A stretch of 64,000 nt of DNA. It comes from Nitrospirota bacterium. Its GTDB lineage: Bacteria; Nitrospirota; UBA9217. Where the stretch lies: assembly GCA_963754875.1 (NCBI GenBank), contig CAVWHO010000005.1:32001-96000 (forward strand), given 5' to 3'. The first letter of the stretch is position 1; each line of letters opens with the position of its first letter. The notes beneath the pieces were generated by a model. That model saw nothing but the letters and a program-made list of their open reading frames with translations, did not search any database and had not been told where the DNA came from. This document shows, piece after piece, positions 21,649-31,093 of the stretch. Both the position numbers and the translations under genes were made by a program.

Positions 21649-23253
21649 GTGGATTACTCAGACGAAATAAGCAAGCGGCGCACCTTTGCCATCATCAGCC
21701 ATCCCGACGCGGGAAAGACCACGCTCACCGAAAAGTTCCTGCTCTTCGGCGGCGCGATCCAGGTGGCCGGCGCGGTCAAGTCGAACAAGATCCGGAAGAG
21801 TACCTCCTCCGACTTCATGGACATCGAGCGCCAGCGCGGCATCTCCGTTGCCACGTCGGTCATGGGTTTCGACTACAACGGCCTTAAGATCAACCTGCTC
21901 GACACGCCGGGCCACAAGGATTTCGCCGAGGACACGTACCGGACGCTGACGGCCGTGGACAGCGTCATTCTCGTGGTAGACTGCGTAAAGGGCGTGGAAG
22001 AGCAGACCCTCCGGCTCATGGAAGTCTGCCGCATGCGCAAGACGCCGGTCATCATCTTCGTGAACAAGCTCGACCGCGAAGGCAAGAATCCCTTCGAGCT
22101 TCTGGACGAACTGGAAACCAAGCTGAACATCCACGTTCAGCCGCTCTCGTGGCCCATCAGCATGGGCACTTCCTTCAAGGGCGTGTATAACCTCTATAAC
22201 AACAGCCTCTACCTTTTCCGTCCCGGCGGCGTCACGGTCGCGACGGACGTCCTCGAGGTCAAAGGCATTGGCGATCCGATGCTGGACCAGCAGTTAGGCG
22301 ATTATGCGGCCAAGCTCCGGGAGGACGTGGAACTGATCGAAGGCACGCACAATCCGTTCGATGTGAACGCGTATCTTTCGGGAGATCTCGCGCCGGTCTT
22401 CTTCGGGAGCGCCATCAACAACTTCGGCGTCAAAGAGCTCCTCGATACCTTCACCCAGATCGCGCCCACTCCCGGAAGCCGCCCCACGGACCAGCGCATC
22501 GTGAGCGCTGACGAGAAGGACTTTACCGGTTTCGTGTTCAAGATCCACGCGAACCTGGACCCCCGTCACCGCGACCGCATCGCCTTCATCCGCGTCTGTT
22601 CCGGCAAGTTCGAACGGAACAAGATGTTCCTTCACGTGCGTCTCGGCAAAAACATCCGCTTCACGAGCCCGGCCAGCTTTCTGGGGGCCAGGAAGAGCAT
22701 CGTCGATGAAGCTTTTCCCGGCGACGTGATCGGCTTGTACGACACGGGGAACTTCAAGATCGGCGACACGCTCACCGAGGGAGAGAAGCTGATGTTCCAG
22801 GGCATCCCGACCTTTTCCCCCGAAGTGTTCAAGGAGCTCGTGAACACGGACCCGGGCAAGTCGAAGCAGCTTTCAAAGGGCATCGAACAGTTGACCGACG
22901 AAGGCGTTGCCCAGCTCTTCACCCAGCAGCAGGGAAACCGGAAGATCGTCGGCACCGTGGGCCAGCTCCAGTTCGATGTGCTCCAATACCGCCTGGAGCA
23001 CGAGTACGGCGCCAAATGCCGGTTCGACCAGATGTCCATTTACAAGGCCTGCTGGATCACCGCGAGCGATGAAAAGGAAATGGATAAGTTTTGCCGGTTT
23101 AAATCGGACCGCATTGCAACGGACAAGGACGGCAATATCGTCTTTCTCGCCGAATCGGAATGGGTATTGCGGAACATGATCGAAGCCTACCCCGAGGTTA
23201 AGTTTCACTTTACCTCGGAGTTCAAGAGGGAAATGCTGGAAGTAAAGAAATAG
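21649..23253 (+). CDS. prfC: Peptide chain release factor 3
   Basis: [36 protein letters not shown]. Confidence 0.97.
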   Translation: MDYSDEISKRRTFAIISHPDAGKTTLTEKFLLFGGAIQVAGAVKSNKIRKSTSSDFMDIERQRGISVATSVMGFDYNGLKINLLDTPGHKDFAEDTYRTLTAVDSVILVVDCVKGVEEQTLRLMEVCRMRKTPVIIFVNKLDREGKNPFELLDELETKLNIHVQPLSWPISMGTSFKGVYNLYNNSLYLFRPGGVTVATDVLEVKGIGDPMLDQQLGDYAAKLREDVELIEGTHNPFDVNAYLSGDLAPVFFGSAINNFGVKELLDTFTQIAPTPGSRPTDQRIVSADEKDFTGFVFKIHANLDPRHRDRIAFIRVCSGKFERNKMFLHVRLGKNIRFTSPASFLGARKSIVDEAFPGDVIGLYDTGNFKIGDTLTEGEKLMFQGIPTFSPEVFKELVNTDPGKSKQLSKGIEQLTDEGVAQLFTQQQGNRKIVGTVGQLQFDVLQYRLEHEYGAKCRFDQMSIYKACWITASDEKEMDKFCRFKSDRIATDKDGNIVFLAESEWVLRNMIEAYPEVKFHFTSEFKREMLEVKK

Positions 23254-23310
23254 CCGGGCAGGGTAAAGCCGCCCGCTCCCGAAGAGATCATGTCAAACTT
23301 TCCTCCAACC

Positions 23311-23766
23311 TTACTGCCTTTTTTTAATATACACCGTCTTCTCAATCGCAGCATGTACAACACCTTCCGCATCCACGAGTTCAACGCGATACATCCGTTC
23401 AACTGACAGCAACGTGGCGAGAGCGGCCTTGATGGCTTTAAGCTCTTCATGGGTAATGACGAACTTTGTGAAGAGCGTAGTGGTCCCGGGTTTTTTAAAG
23501 CGGATCGATGCCGCTTTGTCCCACACAACGTAGTCCGGGCCAAGGATCTTGATAAGCATCACCATATAGATCGGGTCAACGGCACCGTACATACTCCCGC
23601 CGTAAATCGTGCCGACGTAGTTTCGCGTCCGCCAGTTAAGCGGCAGTTTGACGCGGACTTCGCGCCAGTCGCCGGCGATATAGGTGATTCGCCCGCCCGT
23701 CCCTCGGTACGCCGGGAATAAGTTAAAACCCCAGCGCACGATCTTTGTTTTGATTGATTCGGGCAT
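23311..23766 (-). CDS. DUF4442 / hotdog-fold thioesterase-like protein
   Basis: NLFPAYRGTGG, NYVGTIYGGS, VVWDKAASIRF. Confidence 0.8.
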   Translation of the reverse strand: MPESIKTKIVRWGFNLFPAYRGTGGRITYIAGDWREVRVKLPLNWRTRNYVGTIYGGSMYGAVDPIYMVMLIKILGPDYVVWDKAASIRFKKPGTTTLFTKFVITHEELKAIKAALATLLSVERMYRVELVDAEGVVHAAIEKTVYIKKRQ

Positions 23767-24082
23767 GCCGTACGATTCCTCCGCCAACAGGGCCGGAGCG
23801 TTTTTATTCCAGCTTCCTGTTCCATTTTACCGCAAGCCCTTCCCCATTACAATCTTTGCCAACGAGGATCCCAGCCAGTCCACCAGCCCGTTATCCGCTT
23901 GATTTTACACTATGACGATGATATGCTGTCTCCATCCTAGTCCCGTGAAAGTTCAGGAGCCGTCATCGCACGACATGAGCTATCGGCGCCTGTGATTTGC
24001 CTTGTTCTCTATCCTGTCCGGAGGAGGGAGGCATCGGACGGCGCTCCAGAAAAAACTCTTCGCGGTCGCCTTCGTACAACCT

Positions 24083-24772
24083 ATGCTCATCGAATATTTA
24101 AAGAACATACCGCTTTTCAAACACCTCAAGGATTCTCAGCTGAAAGAAATTGCCGCACGTTGCAAGAGTGCCCGGTACAAAAAGGGCGACGTGATCTTTC
24201 ACAAAACCGACCTGAGCACGGACCTGTACATCGTGAATTCGGGGAAGCTGAAAGCACTTCTGATTGATGAAGAAGGCGACGAGATCGTGCTGGCGCAATT
24301 CGAAAAAGGCGCGTTCTTCGGAGAACTCAGCCTGCTCGACGGGAAAGGGAGATCCGCCACGATCGTGGCGGAAAAGGAAGCCGAACTATCCATCTTAAAA
24401 AAAGAACTGTTCTTCGACCTGCTCTATAAAGAGCCCCGGATCGCTGTTGAACTTATGGCGACGCTCGTCGATAGGCTCCGGAAGGCCGACGAAATGATCG
24501 AATCCCTGGCCTTCCTCGAAGTCGGCGAGCGGCTGATCAAATCGTTGCTCGAGCATGCGGCTCCGGTCGACGGCGACGGGCCTTCGCGCGGCTACCTCAA
24601 GGCGGGGAAACTGACGCACAAGGAACTGGCTGCACGCATCGGCTCGTCCCGCGAGGCCGTGTCCAAGTGCCTCAAAGTGCTCATGGCAAAGGCCATCGTA
24701 AAAGAAGCAGACGGCAATGTTCTGATAGCGCGCAATGCGCTCGAACGCCTCAAGGAACATGAGCGAGGCTAA
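24083..24772 (+). CDS. Crp/Fnr family transcriptional regulator
   Basis: cNMP domain FFGELSLLDGKGRSAT; HTH LTHKELAARIGSSREAVSK. Confidence 0.92.
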   Translation: MLIEYLKNIPLFKHLKDSQLKEIAARCKSARYKKGDVIFHKTDLSTDLYIVNSGKLKALLIDEEGDEIVLAQFEKGAFFGELSLLDGKGRSATIVAEKEAELSILKKELFFDLLYKEPRIAVELMATLVDRLRKADEMIESLAFLEVGERLIKSLLEHAAPVDGDGPSRGYLKAGKLTHKELAARIGSSREAVSKCLKVLMAKAIVKEADGNVLIARNALERLKEHERG

Positions 24773-24909
24773 GCGGGGGACGGTTTATTGTTTGCCGTCG
24801 TCCGTCCGCTGTAATTACTCCTCCCCTGTTTCGTTCCGAAGAAATTAATCTTCATCGGTTTTTCCGCCCATTGCCGCCGTACTTCAAGTCAATTCATTTA
24901 AATACAATT

Positions 24910-25046
24910 TTGACAAAGTCGTAAAAAGACAGAATGTGTCACCCCGAACGAAGAGAGGGGTCTTTCCACCGATTGAGAAACCAAGATTTCTCACTTCGTT
25001 CGAAATGACAAAGAGGGTCTTGTTCGGCTTTTTACGAGTACATCAA
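24910..25046. repeat. MITE/REP-like element with two nested inverted-repeat pairs
   Basis: Outer TTGACAAAGTCGTAAAAAG / CTTTTTACGAGTACATCAA; inner TGTCACCCCGAACGAAGAGAG / CTCACTTCGTTCGAAATGACA. Confidence 0.75.
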
Positions 25047-25058
25047 TTTTGCATAAAC

Positions 25059-25093
25059 AAAAAAAGCCCTCCCAACTGCGGGAGGGCTTTTTA
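25059..25093. terminator. Bidirectional intrinsic terminator
   Basis: AAAAAAGCCCTCCC-loop-GGGAGGGCTTTTT between convergent crp-like and trpB2 genes. Confidence 0.8.
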
Positions 25094-25110
25094 TCGGTGG
25101 AGGAACGTTC

Positions 25111-26469
25111 TTAGATCTTCGGCAATTTTTCGAGAGCCTTCTTGATATCTTCTTCAGGATGCTCGTGGTCGAACAGTTTACCTTCCCGGTAATCGGCATA
25201 GGCCTGTAAATCGAGGTACCCGTGGCCGGAGAGGTTGAAGAGGATGGTCTTCTGTTTGCCCTCTTCCTTTGCGCGGAGCGCCTCGTCGATCGCCGCCCTG
25301 ACCGCGTGGGAGCTCTCGGGCGCCGGTATGATCGACTCGGTCCCGGCGAACAGCACTGCCGCCTCAAAGCACTTTGTCTGGCCATAGGCCCTGGCTTCGA
25401 TGATCTTGTCGTGATAGAGCTGGGACACGAGCGGCGAGTCGCCGTGGTAGCGGAGACCGCCGGCATGGATGCCCGAAGGCATGAAATCGTGGCCCAGGGT
25501 GTACATGGTCATGAGCGGCGTCATTCCTGCCACGTCCCCGAAGTCGTAGCAGAACTCTCCCTTGGTGAGTGTGGGGCATGACGTGGGCTCCACCGCGATC
25601 GCGCGAAGGTCCTTCTTCTTGCCGGAGAGCTTATCATGCAGGAAGGGGAATGCGATCCCCGCGAAGTTGCTCCCGCCGCCGCAGCACGCGATCACCACAT
25701 CGGGATAATCGCCGGCGATCTCAAGCTGCTTCTTGGCCTCCTGGCCGATCACGGACTGGTGCAGGCACACGTGGTTCAAGACCGATCCCAGCGCGTAGTT
25801 CGTATCATCGTGCGTGGCCGCGTCCTCGACCGCCTCGGAGATGGCGATGCCGAGGCTCCCCGTGTTGTTCGGGTCCAGCTCGAGGATCTTCCTGCCCGCG
25901 TTCGTCACCGTTGACGGGCTCGCGTGCACGGTGGCGCCCCAGGTTTCCATCATCATCCTGCGGTAGGGCTTCTGGCCGAAGCTTACCTTCACCATGTAGA
26001 CCGTGACGTCGAGTCCGAAGAGCTTGCCTGCGAGTGCCATGGAGGAGCCCCACTGGCCTGCGCCGGTCTCGGTTGCAATGCGCTTGATGCCCGCCTTTTT
26101 GTTGTAGAAGGCCTGCGGAATGGACGTGTTCGGCTTGTGGCTGCCCGCCGGGCTCACGCCTTCATATTTATAGTAGATCTTTGCCGGCGTGTTGAGCGCC
26201 TTCTCAAGCCGGTGCGCCCGAAAAAGCGGCGACGGCCGCCACAGTGTATAGATGTCGAGGACTTCTTCAGGAATATCGATCCAGCGTTCCTGGCTCACTT
26301 CCTGAAGGATGAGGTCCATGGGAAAGATAGGCTTGAGGTCATCGGGCCCAATCGGCTGCTTTGTCCCCGGATGGAGCGGCGGCTTGGGCTTGTTCGGCAT
26401 GTCCGCCATGATATTGTACCACTTGGTCGGGATTTCCTTGTCAGAGAGAACGATCTTGGTCTGTCTCAT
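25111..26469 (-). CDS. trpB2: Stand-alone tryptophan synthase beta-2 (TrpB-like PLP enzyme)
   Basis: [39 protein letters not shown]. Confidence 0.93.
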   Translation of the reverse strand: MRQTKIVLSDKEIPTKWYNIMADMPNKPKPPLHPGTKQPIGPDDLKPIFPMDLILQEVSQERWIDIPEEVLDIYTLWRPSPLFRAHRLEKALNTPAKIYYKYEGVSPAGSHKPNTSIPQAFYNKKAGIKRIATETGAGQWGSSMALAGKLFGLDVTVYMVKVSFGQKPYRRMMMETWGATVHASPSTVTNAGRKILELDPNNTGSLGIAISEAVEDAATHDDTNYALGSVLNHVCLHQSVIGQEAKKQLEIAGDYPDVVIACCGGGSNFAGIAFPFLHDKLSGKKKDLRAIAVEPTSCPTLTKGEFCYDFGDVAGMTPLMTMYTLGHDFMPSGIHAGGLRYHGDSPLVSQLYHDKIIEARAYGQTKCFEAAVLFAGTESIIPAPESSHAVRAAIDEALRAKEEGKQKTILFNLSGHGYLDLQAYADYREGKLFDHEHPEEDIKKALEKLPKI

Positions 26470-26699
26470 ACCTTCCTCCTGCGTAGTAAGGTCAGATATT
26501 CATGCATCGAAGTGGCGTTATTCTAAACTATTTTTAAAAGTTCCACAACATTTTTTAGCAGATGGAGAAATACTGACTTTCACTTGGTAAGGAGATGAGG
26601 CCTTGAGTTCGCTGAGCATCGGATCAACTCTTTCGCGCGGCCGGTCGCGGTCCCAAATCCACGAAGCGGACCAGTCCGGACATCAAGGCACAGTGCCGA

Positions 26700-26975
26700 T
26701 TACAAACCGATCGAGAACATACTCTCCAGATCGTGGCGGGAATGGACCCGGAAGGCCACGAGCGTCTCAGACGTCAGGATCCCTTCCACTTTCAGCATAT
26801 GGTTCGTCACGACTTCCGCAAGCTGGTCATTGTCCTTCACGCGAATAATGACCGCCAGATCATATCGTCCGGCCAAAGAATAGACTTCGGTGATCCCCTC
26901 CAAATCGGCCAGCGTTTCAGCCAGGTCGTTCACCTTGTCCCGGGCGACCGTCAATAGCACCAGAGCAGTAACCAT
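26700..26975 (-). CDS. Lrp/AsnC ligand-binding-domain protein (no HTH)
   Basis: EVYSLAGRYDL, GILTSETLVAF, HDLESMFSIG. Confidence 0.85.
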   Translation of the reverse strand: MVTALVLLTVARDKVNDLAETLADLEGITEVYSLAGRYDLAVIIRVKDNDQLAEVVTNHMLKVEGILTSETLVAFRVHSRHDLESMFSIGL

Positions 26976-27044
26976 GATGGGCCTCCTGTACGCGTAATGT
27001 TCTCAAGTATATCAGATGTTTTATTATTGGGCCAATAAATAGGG

Positions 27045-27959
27045 TCAGGCAGTATTGCATCTCGGGTCCGGCGCGAGGAGGTTGTTTGTGAGAAAAAGAC
27101 TGTGGGCTGGACAGCCTCCATGGCACTGTGCATGATGACGGCACGCTATCTGTGGGCATGCATTCGTGGCCGGACTGCGGAAATAGGCGAGTGCCTGATG
27201 TTGCCAGATGTCTTGAAAAGGATCGCTCAGCACATTGCCGAGAAGAAACTCCTTCTTACCGAAAAAAAGATTGCAGGGATACACGGAACCGTCCGGCATG
27301 ATCCCCAACTTCGTGGTTCCTGCAGGACAGCGGACCTCTGCAAGCTCGGGACAGCTCTCTGTGTCCGGCAGGAAACCCGAACAGAAGACCGTGCCCACCT
27401 CCGTTGAATTGAACTGTTGTTCTACGGTTGCCGCGAAGAGCGGGAATGGCACCGTCGTCTGCAGCTCACTCCAAGAGAGAGCGTCACGGTAGATAAGGTA
27501 ATATTTTTTCGGATTAAGGGAAAGAATTTCACGGATCATGCCGCGTTCGATATCCGGATTGAAGACGGATTTGACCACCGGTTTGTGTGTCTCAATAAAT
27601 CCCCTTACCTGATCGAGTGTTTCGCAGTCATTGACCGAGATGCCAACAGTTACCCGGCTCCCCATGCTCATGATTTCTTCGAGTACGTGCAGGTTCGCTC
27701 CATTCGAGCTGATGTTCACGAAAAAGCCGGAGAGCAGGGATTCGCGCACGAACGAAACGATGTCCCGATGCAAGGTCGGCTCGCCGCCGATGATGTCGAT
27801 AGTCCGGACCGCTCTTTGCTTGAGGGCAACAAGCATCGCCTGGAAATGTTCGAACGTCATGTCCGGCACGGACGGCATCGTCCGGTTGAAGCAAAAATCG
27901 CAGGATTGGTTGCATCGGAGGGTCGGGTAGAACTGTATGTAGTCGGGACCTGCTTTCAT
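27045..27959 (-). CDS. Radical SAM / SPASM domain protein
   Basis: CNQSCDFC, GGEP; SPASM CPAG...PDGSVYPC...C..HAQCHGGC...PDPRC. Confidence 0.92.
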   Translation of the reverse strand: MKAGPDYIQFYPTLRCNQSCDFCFNRTMPSVPDMTFEHFQAMLVALKQRAVRTIDIIGGEPTLHRDIVSFVRESLLSGFFVNISSNGANLHVLEEIMSMGSRVTVGISVNDCETLDQVRGFIETHKPVVKSVFNPDIERGMIREILSLNPKKYYLIYRDALSWSELQTTVPFPLFAATVEQQFNSTEVGTVFCSGFLPDTESCPELAEVRCPAGTTKLGIMPDGSVYPCNLFFGKKEFLLGNVLSDPFQDIWQHQALAYFRSPATNACPQIACRHHAQCHGGCPAHSLFLTNNLLAPDPRCNTA

Positions 27960-28057
27960 ACTATACTATTCGAAAGGGAATGCGGAATAAAGGGCTTTAT
28001 TCCCGGGGAGGCGGGAAATCCAGTATCGTTGTCCTTGCCCTCAGTGTAAACCCCTGG

Positions 28058-28916
28058 CTAAATAAAATAAGTCTTTCCTTGTTTTTTAATAAATCCTTCC
28101 TCAGTTAACTTCGCGAGGTTAGCCTTCACCCGCGCCGCATCCATACCTGTCTCCTTCACGATCTGCGTTGCGCTCAACTGCGGTTCAGTAACAAGGACCT
28201 TTAGGATCTTCCCTCTCACCTGCCGGTTCGAATTCTCGAACGGACTCTGGCGTGTATAGTGCGCGCTCTTGCGGTTGGGGTTGACATGCTTCTGCTTCAG
28301 CATGGTGCCGTAGTCCATAAGAGCATTGTACCATTTCCGGGGATTTCCCGCATCAATGGTCTGCTCCACGAGTGGAGTTAATTCATCATCGTGGATATTC
28401 TCGTGATCTTGAAAAAACTGATGGATGTACACCCTGCGGATGTTCGTGTCCATGAACACGACAGGCAGGTTGAAAGCAAAGGCCGCTATCGCGCCTGCAG
28501 TATACGGGCCGATGCCCGGGAGGGAGATCAGCTTTTCGGGCTCTTGGGGTAGCTTGCCTTGATGTTCAGCTACGACCTTTTGCGCAAGCGCCTTGAGTGC
28601 AAGGGCCCGACGGTTGTAGCCCATGCCCTGACCATATCCTGAGCAGTTTTGGAAGCGGTGCCTTGGCAAGGGAATGAAAATCCGGAAACCTGTCGAGGAA
28701 CTCCTGGAACTTTACGATGACGCGCTCCACCTGCGTCTGCTGGAGCATGATCTCGGAGACCAGTACGCGGTAGGGATTGAGTTTTTTGCGCCACGGGAGG
28801 TCGCGGCCCTGGGTGTCGTAGTAAGCGTAGATTTCTTTTTGGAACGCACGGGCCTGGGCAGGGGTAAGTGAGTTATTTTTTTTCGCTCGAAGGGTCGTTG
28901 TTGTCTTTCTATCCAT
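28058..28916 (-). CDS. MutY-like HhH-GPD glycosylase (frameshift near 28630; start uncertain)
   Basis: RDLPWR, VSEIMLQQTQV, GMGYNRRA, LPGIGPYTA, DTNIRR. Confidence 0.85.
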
Positions 28917-29127
28917 AATATTTTCGGTCTTCCGGATTTTCCACGGTCTCCGAGCGCGGCCATAGGCCATAAACGAAGCGCGCGAGAAGAAAAACAAGAA
29001 TTTTTCTTTAATAGAAGACTTCACTCCTTTGCGTCCCTGGTGCCTTCGCCGTAATATTCCTCGCTTTTGAGCTTTTTCACGGATGCCCCGGAAGAATCAC
29101 ATCCTCCCGGGGTGAACGAGGGAAGGC

Positions 29128-29786
29128 TTATTTTTTTCTCAGGAGCACATACAGCGCGCCGAGGCCGCCGTCGCACTGGCGCGCGGTCACGTAGGCGATG
29201 ATGTCTTTGCGGAAATGGCCGGACAGTCTTTTCACGACCGCGTCCTTCAGCCGGGCGCCCTTGACCGAGCGAAGGCCGCGGCCGTGGATGATCTTGATGC
29301 AGCCCAGGCCCTTTTTCAGGGAGTCCGCTATGAAGTCGTCTAGTTCTTCCTCTGCTTCGGGAACAGATGACACCCGTGAAGATCGAGATATGCCTGGACC
29401 GAAAACCGCCCCTCGTGAAGGCTCTGGATGATATCATCGCGAAACGCGGGATGAATCCACTCGACATATTCCTGCGTATCGGGCAGATGGATCGGCAGCA
29501 GCCCATCCGCGATGCCGCACAGTTCCGTAAACGCTTCCTGATCAGGATCGCGCGGCTCTGGTGCTGCTTTCCTGTTTCGTGGACGGGGAGCGCAGGCAAG
29601 GGAACGGAATTCTTCGATCACGAGGACGTCGTCCATCTCGCGGCTGAACAGCTCTTCGTCGGTATAGTCTTCTTTTTTCTTCTGACGCGGAGCCGGGGGT
29701 AGCGCGGCAGCATCGCGTTGCTCCATTGTTTTACGGAGATTGTCAAAAGGACGGATTGAGAACGTCGTCTTTTTGTTACTGCCCAT
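29128..29786 (-). CDS. Smr-domain protein (frameshift near 29365)
   Basis: LDLHG, KIIHGRG, GGLGALYVLLR split over two ORFs. Confidence 0.88.
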
Positions 29787-29939
29787 GGCGAATTATACCC
29801 CACTCATCGCCTGGAGACTACAATGTTTTGATAACTGATTGTGGCGCAGGGAATTCGAGGTGAGGTATCGGATGATATTCTAAGATCAAATCTTTAGCCG
29901 GCCTTGCGGGCCGGCAAAAAGAAATTTAGCTGCTTGCTG

Positions 29940-29958
29940 TGAGCTGAAACTCAGCTCA
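29940..29958 (-). promoter_or_regulatory. Candidate bacterial SECIS hairpin
   Basis: UGAGCUGA-GUU-UCAGCUCA; apical loop begins 17 nt after the in-frame UGA at 29968-29970. Confidence 0.45.
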
Positions 29959-29967
29959 TTTGGAGCT

Positions 29968-30150
29968 TCAGGTGGGACCGCAGTTGAGGGAGCAGACGTT
30001 CGCCGATTTTTCGTCGTCCTCAGGCTCATGGCACTTCTTATACTTCTTGCCGCTGCCGCACCAGCAGGGTTCATTCCTGCCCGGCCGCACTCGCGGCGCA
30101 CTTTCGTTCTTGCTCCTGAACAAAGCTCCCAGCTTTTCGATGATACCCAT
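29968..30150 (-). CDS. Small SEC-C motif protein (possibly extends to 29956 by Sec read-through)
   Basis: [27 protein letters not shown]-terminal [11 protein letters not shown]. Confidence 0.88.
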   Translation of the reverse strand: MGIIEKLGALFRSKNESAPRVRPGRNEPCWCGSGKKYKKCHEPEDDEKSANVCSLNCGPT

Positions 30151-30562
30151 TTCGCGTGTCCTACCTCCCTGAAGATCTGATCAGCACCGGCTGAGCAACA
30201 AATTACGCACCGCAAACGGGCGCAGTATGTCGCTTCGAATTATACTCCACTCGTCGCCTGGAGACTAGAGGGTTTTGACAACTGATTTCGGCGCGGCCAG
30301 GAAAACGGAGGTGAGTTAATCCGGGGAGAGTGAGAGGAAGTGGATGAGAAGAAAGGCAGTGTACAGCTCAAGTCACAAAATGTCATTGCGCGGAGCGTTT
30401 TCCCCTGCGCGGCAAACTCGGCCTTCACTCGCAAAGACGACAAAAAGACCTTATCTGCGGCCTACCAATTTTGAGATTCACAGAACACAGGCCAAAACAG
30501 CAGAAAGACGCATTCATGTGCGTTAATAATCGATAATAAGCAGCTTGTTTCGCGGTAAGAGC

Positions 30563-30590
30563 TTGCGTAATGGGAAACATGTGCTATACT
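30563..30590 (+). promoter_or_regulatory. sigma70 promoter with extended -10
   Basis: TTGCGT-16 bp-TATACT with TGn immediately before the -10; no convincing ORF downstream. Confidence 0.6.
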
Positions 30591-30621
30591 ATCAGCCAGG
30601 TGATTGAACAAATCGTTTATC

Positions 30622-30788
30622 AGTTTGCCTTGGGTTTTGAGAGGAGAGGTACCGTAGTATACAAAACGCCTCCATGCAACATGCGGTGTGCAAGCCCTCA
30701 CCAGCAGCAGAGAGGGTAGCCTAAAGCATCTGCTGAGGCAAAAAATTTGGAACCAGCCTCGCAAACACTCAAAACTCAAGGCACAACT
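30622..30788 (+). ncRNA. Candidate 6S-like RNA
   Basis: Rod-shaped fold with about 20-bp closing stem and central bubble; GGUGUGCAAG / UAGCCUAAAGC apical internal loop; upstream promoter; 3' U-tract. Confidence 0.6.
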
Positions 30789-31043
30789 TTTTCCTTCTTA
30801 TGTTAGCCTCGCCTGTTATGTGACATCCAATTCCAGCCCTTTAAAAAGAGCATCTTGTTGTTATTCCCTGTTTTCAAAAAAAGAATAGCCGATTCCACTG
30901 GATAAGGGCAGCCTCACTTAACGGCCTTTTTCAGAGATGATCCGTGGACGTGTTCGCCGGCGATTGATCTGCACATTATACATACATAAAGCAGCATGGG
31001 ACTACTTCCCCGAAGTTGCCTTGTCAAAGACATTCATGCAGAC

Positions 31044-31081
31044 AAAAAAACCCATACCGAATGATCAGCATGGGTTTTTTT
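31044..31081. terminator. Intrinsic terminator downstream of rnpB (bidirectional)
   Basis: AAAAAAACCCAT...ATGGGTTTTTTT. Confidence 0.7.
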
Positions 31082-31093
31082 AAATAAAAAAAT

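Larger units (their letters stand above)
29789..30315. repeat. Pair of about 76-80 bp direct repeats (29789-29864 and 30236-30315)
   Basis: Both read CGAATTATACYCCACTCRTCGCCTGGAGACTA....GTTTTGAYAACTGATT..GGCGC...GAGGTGAG; each has TATAAT on the minus strand. Confidence 0.85.

Noticed and set aside
30462..30888. ORFs 30462..30779 (-) and 30688..30888 (+)
   Set aside because: No RBS or motifs; the region is better explained by the structured RNA.
30875..30982. Possible minus-strand sRNA behind TGTATAAT
   Set aside because: No matching -35 and only a weak terminal hairpin.
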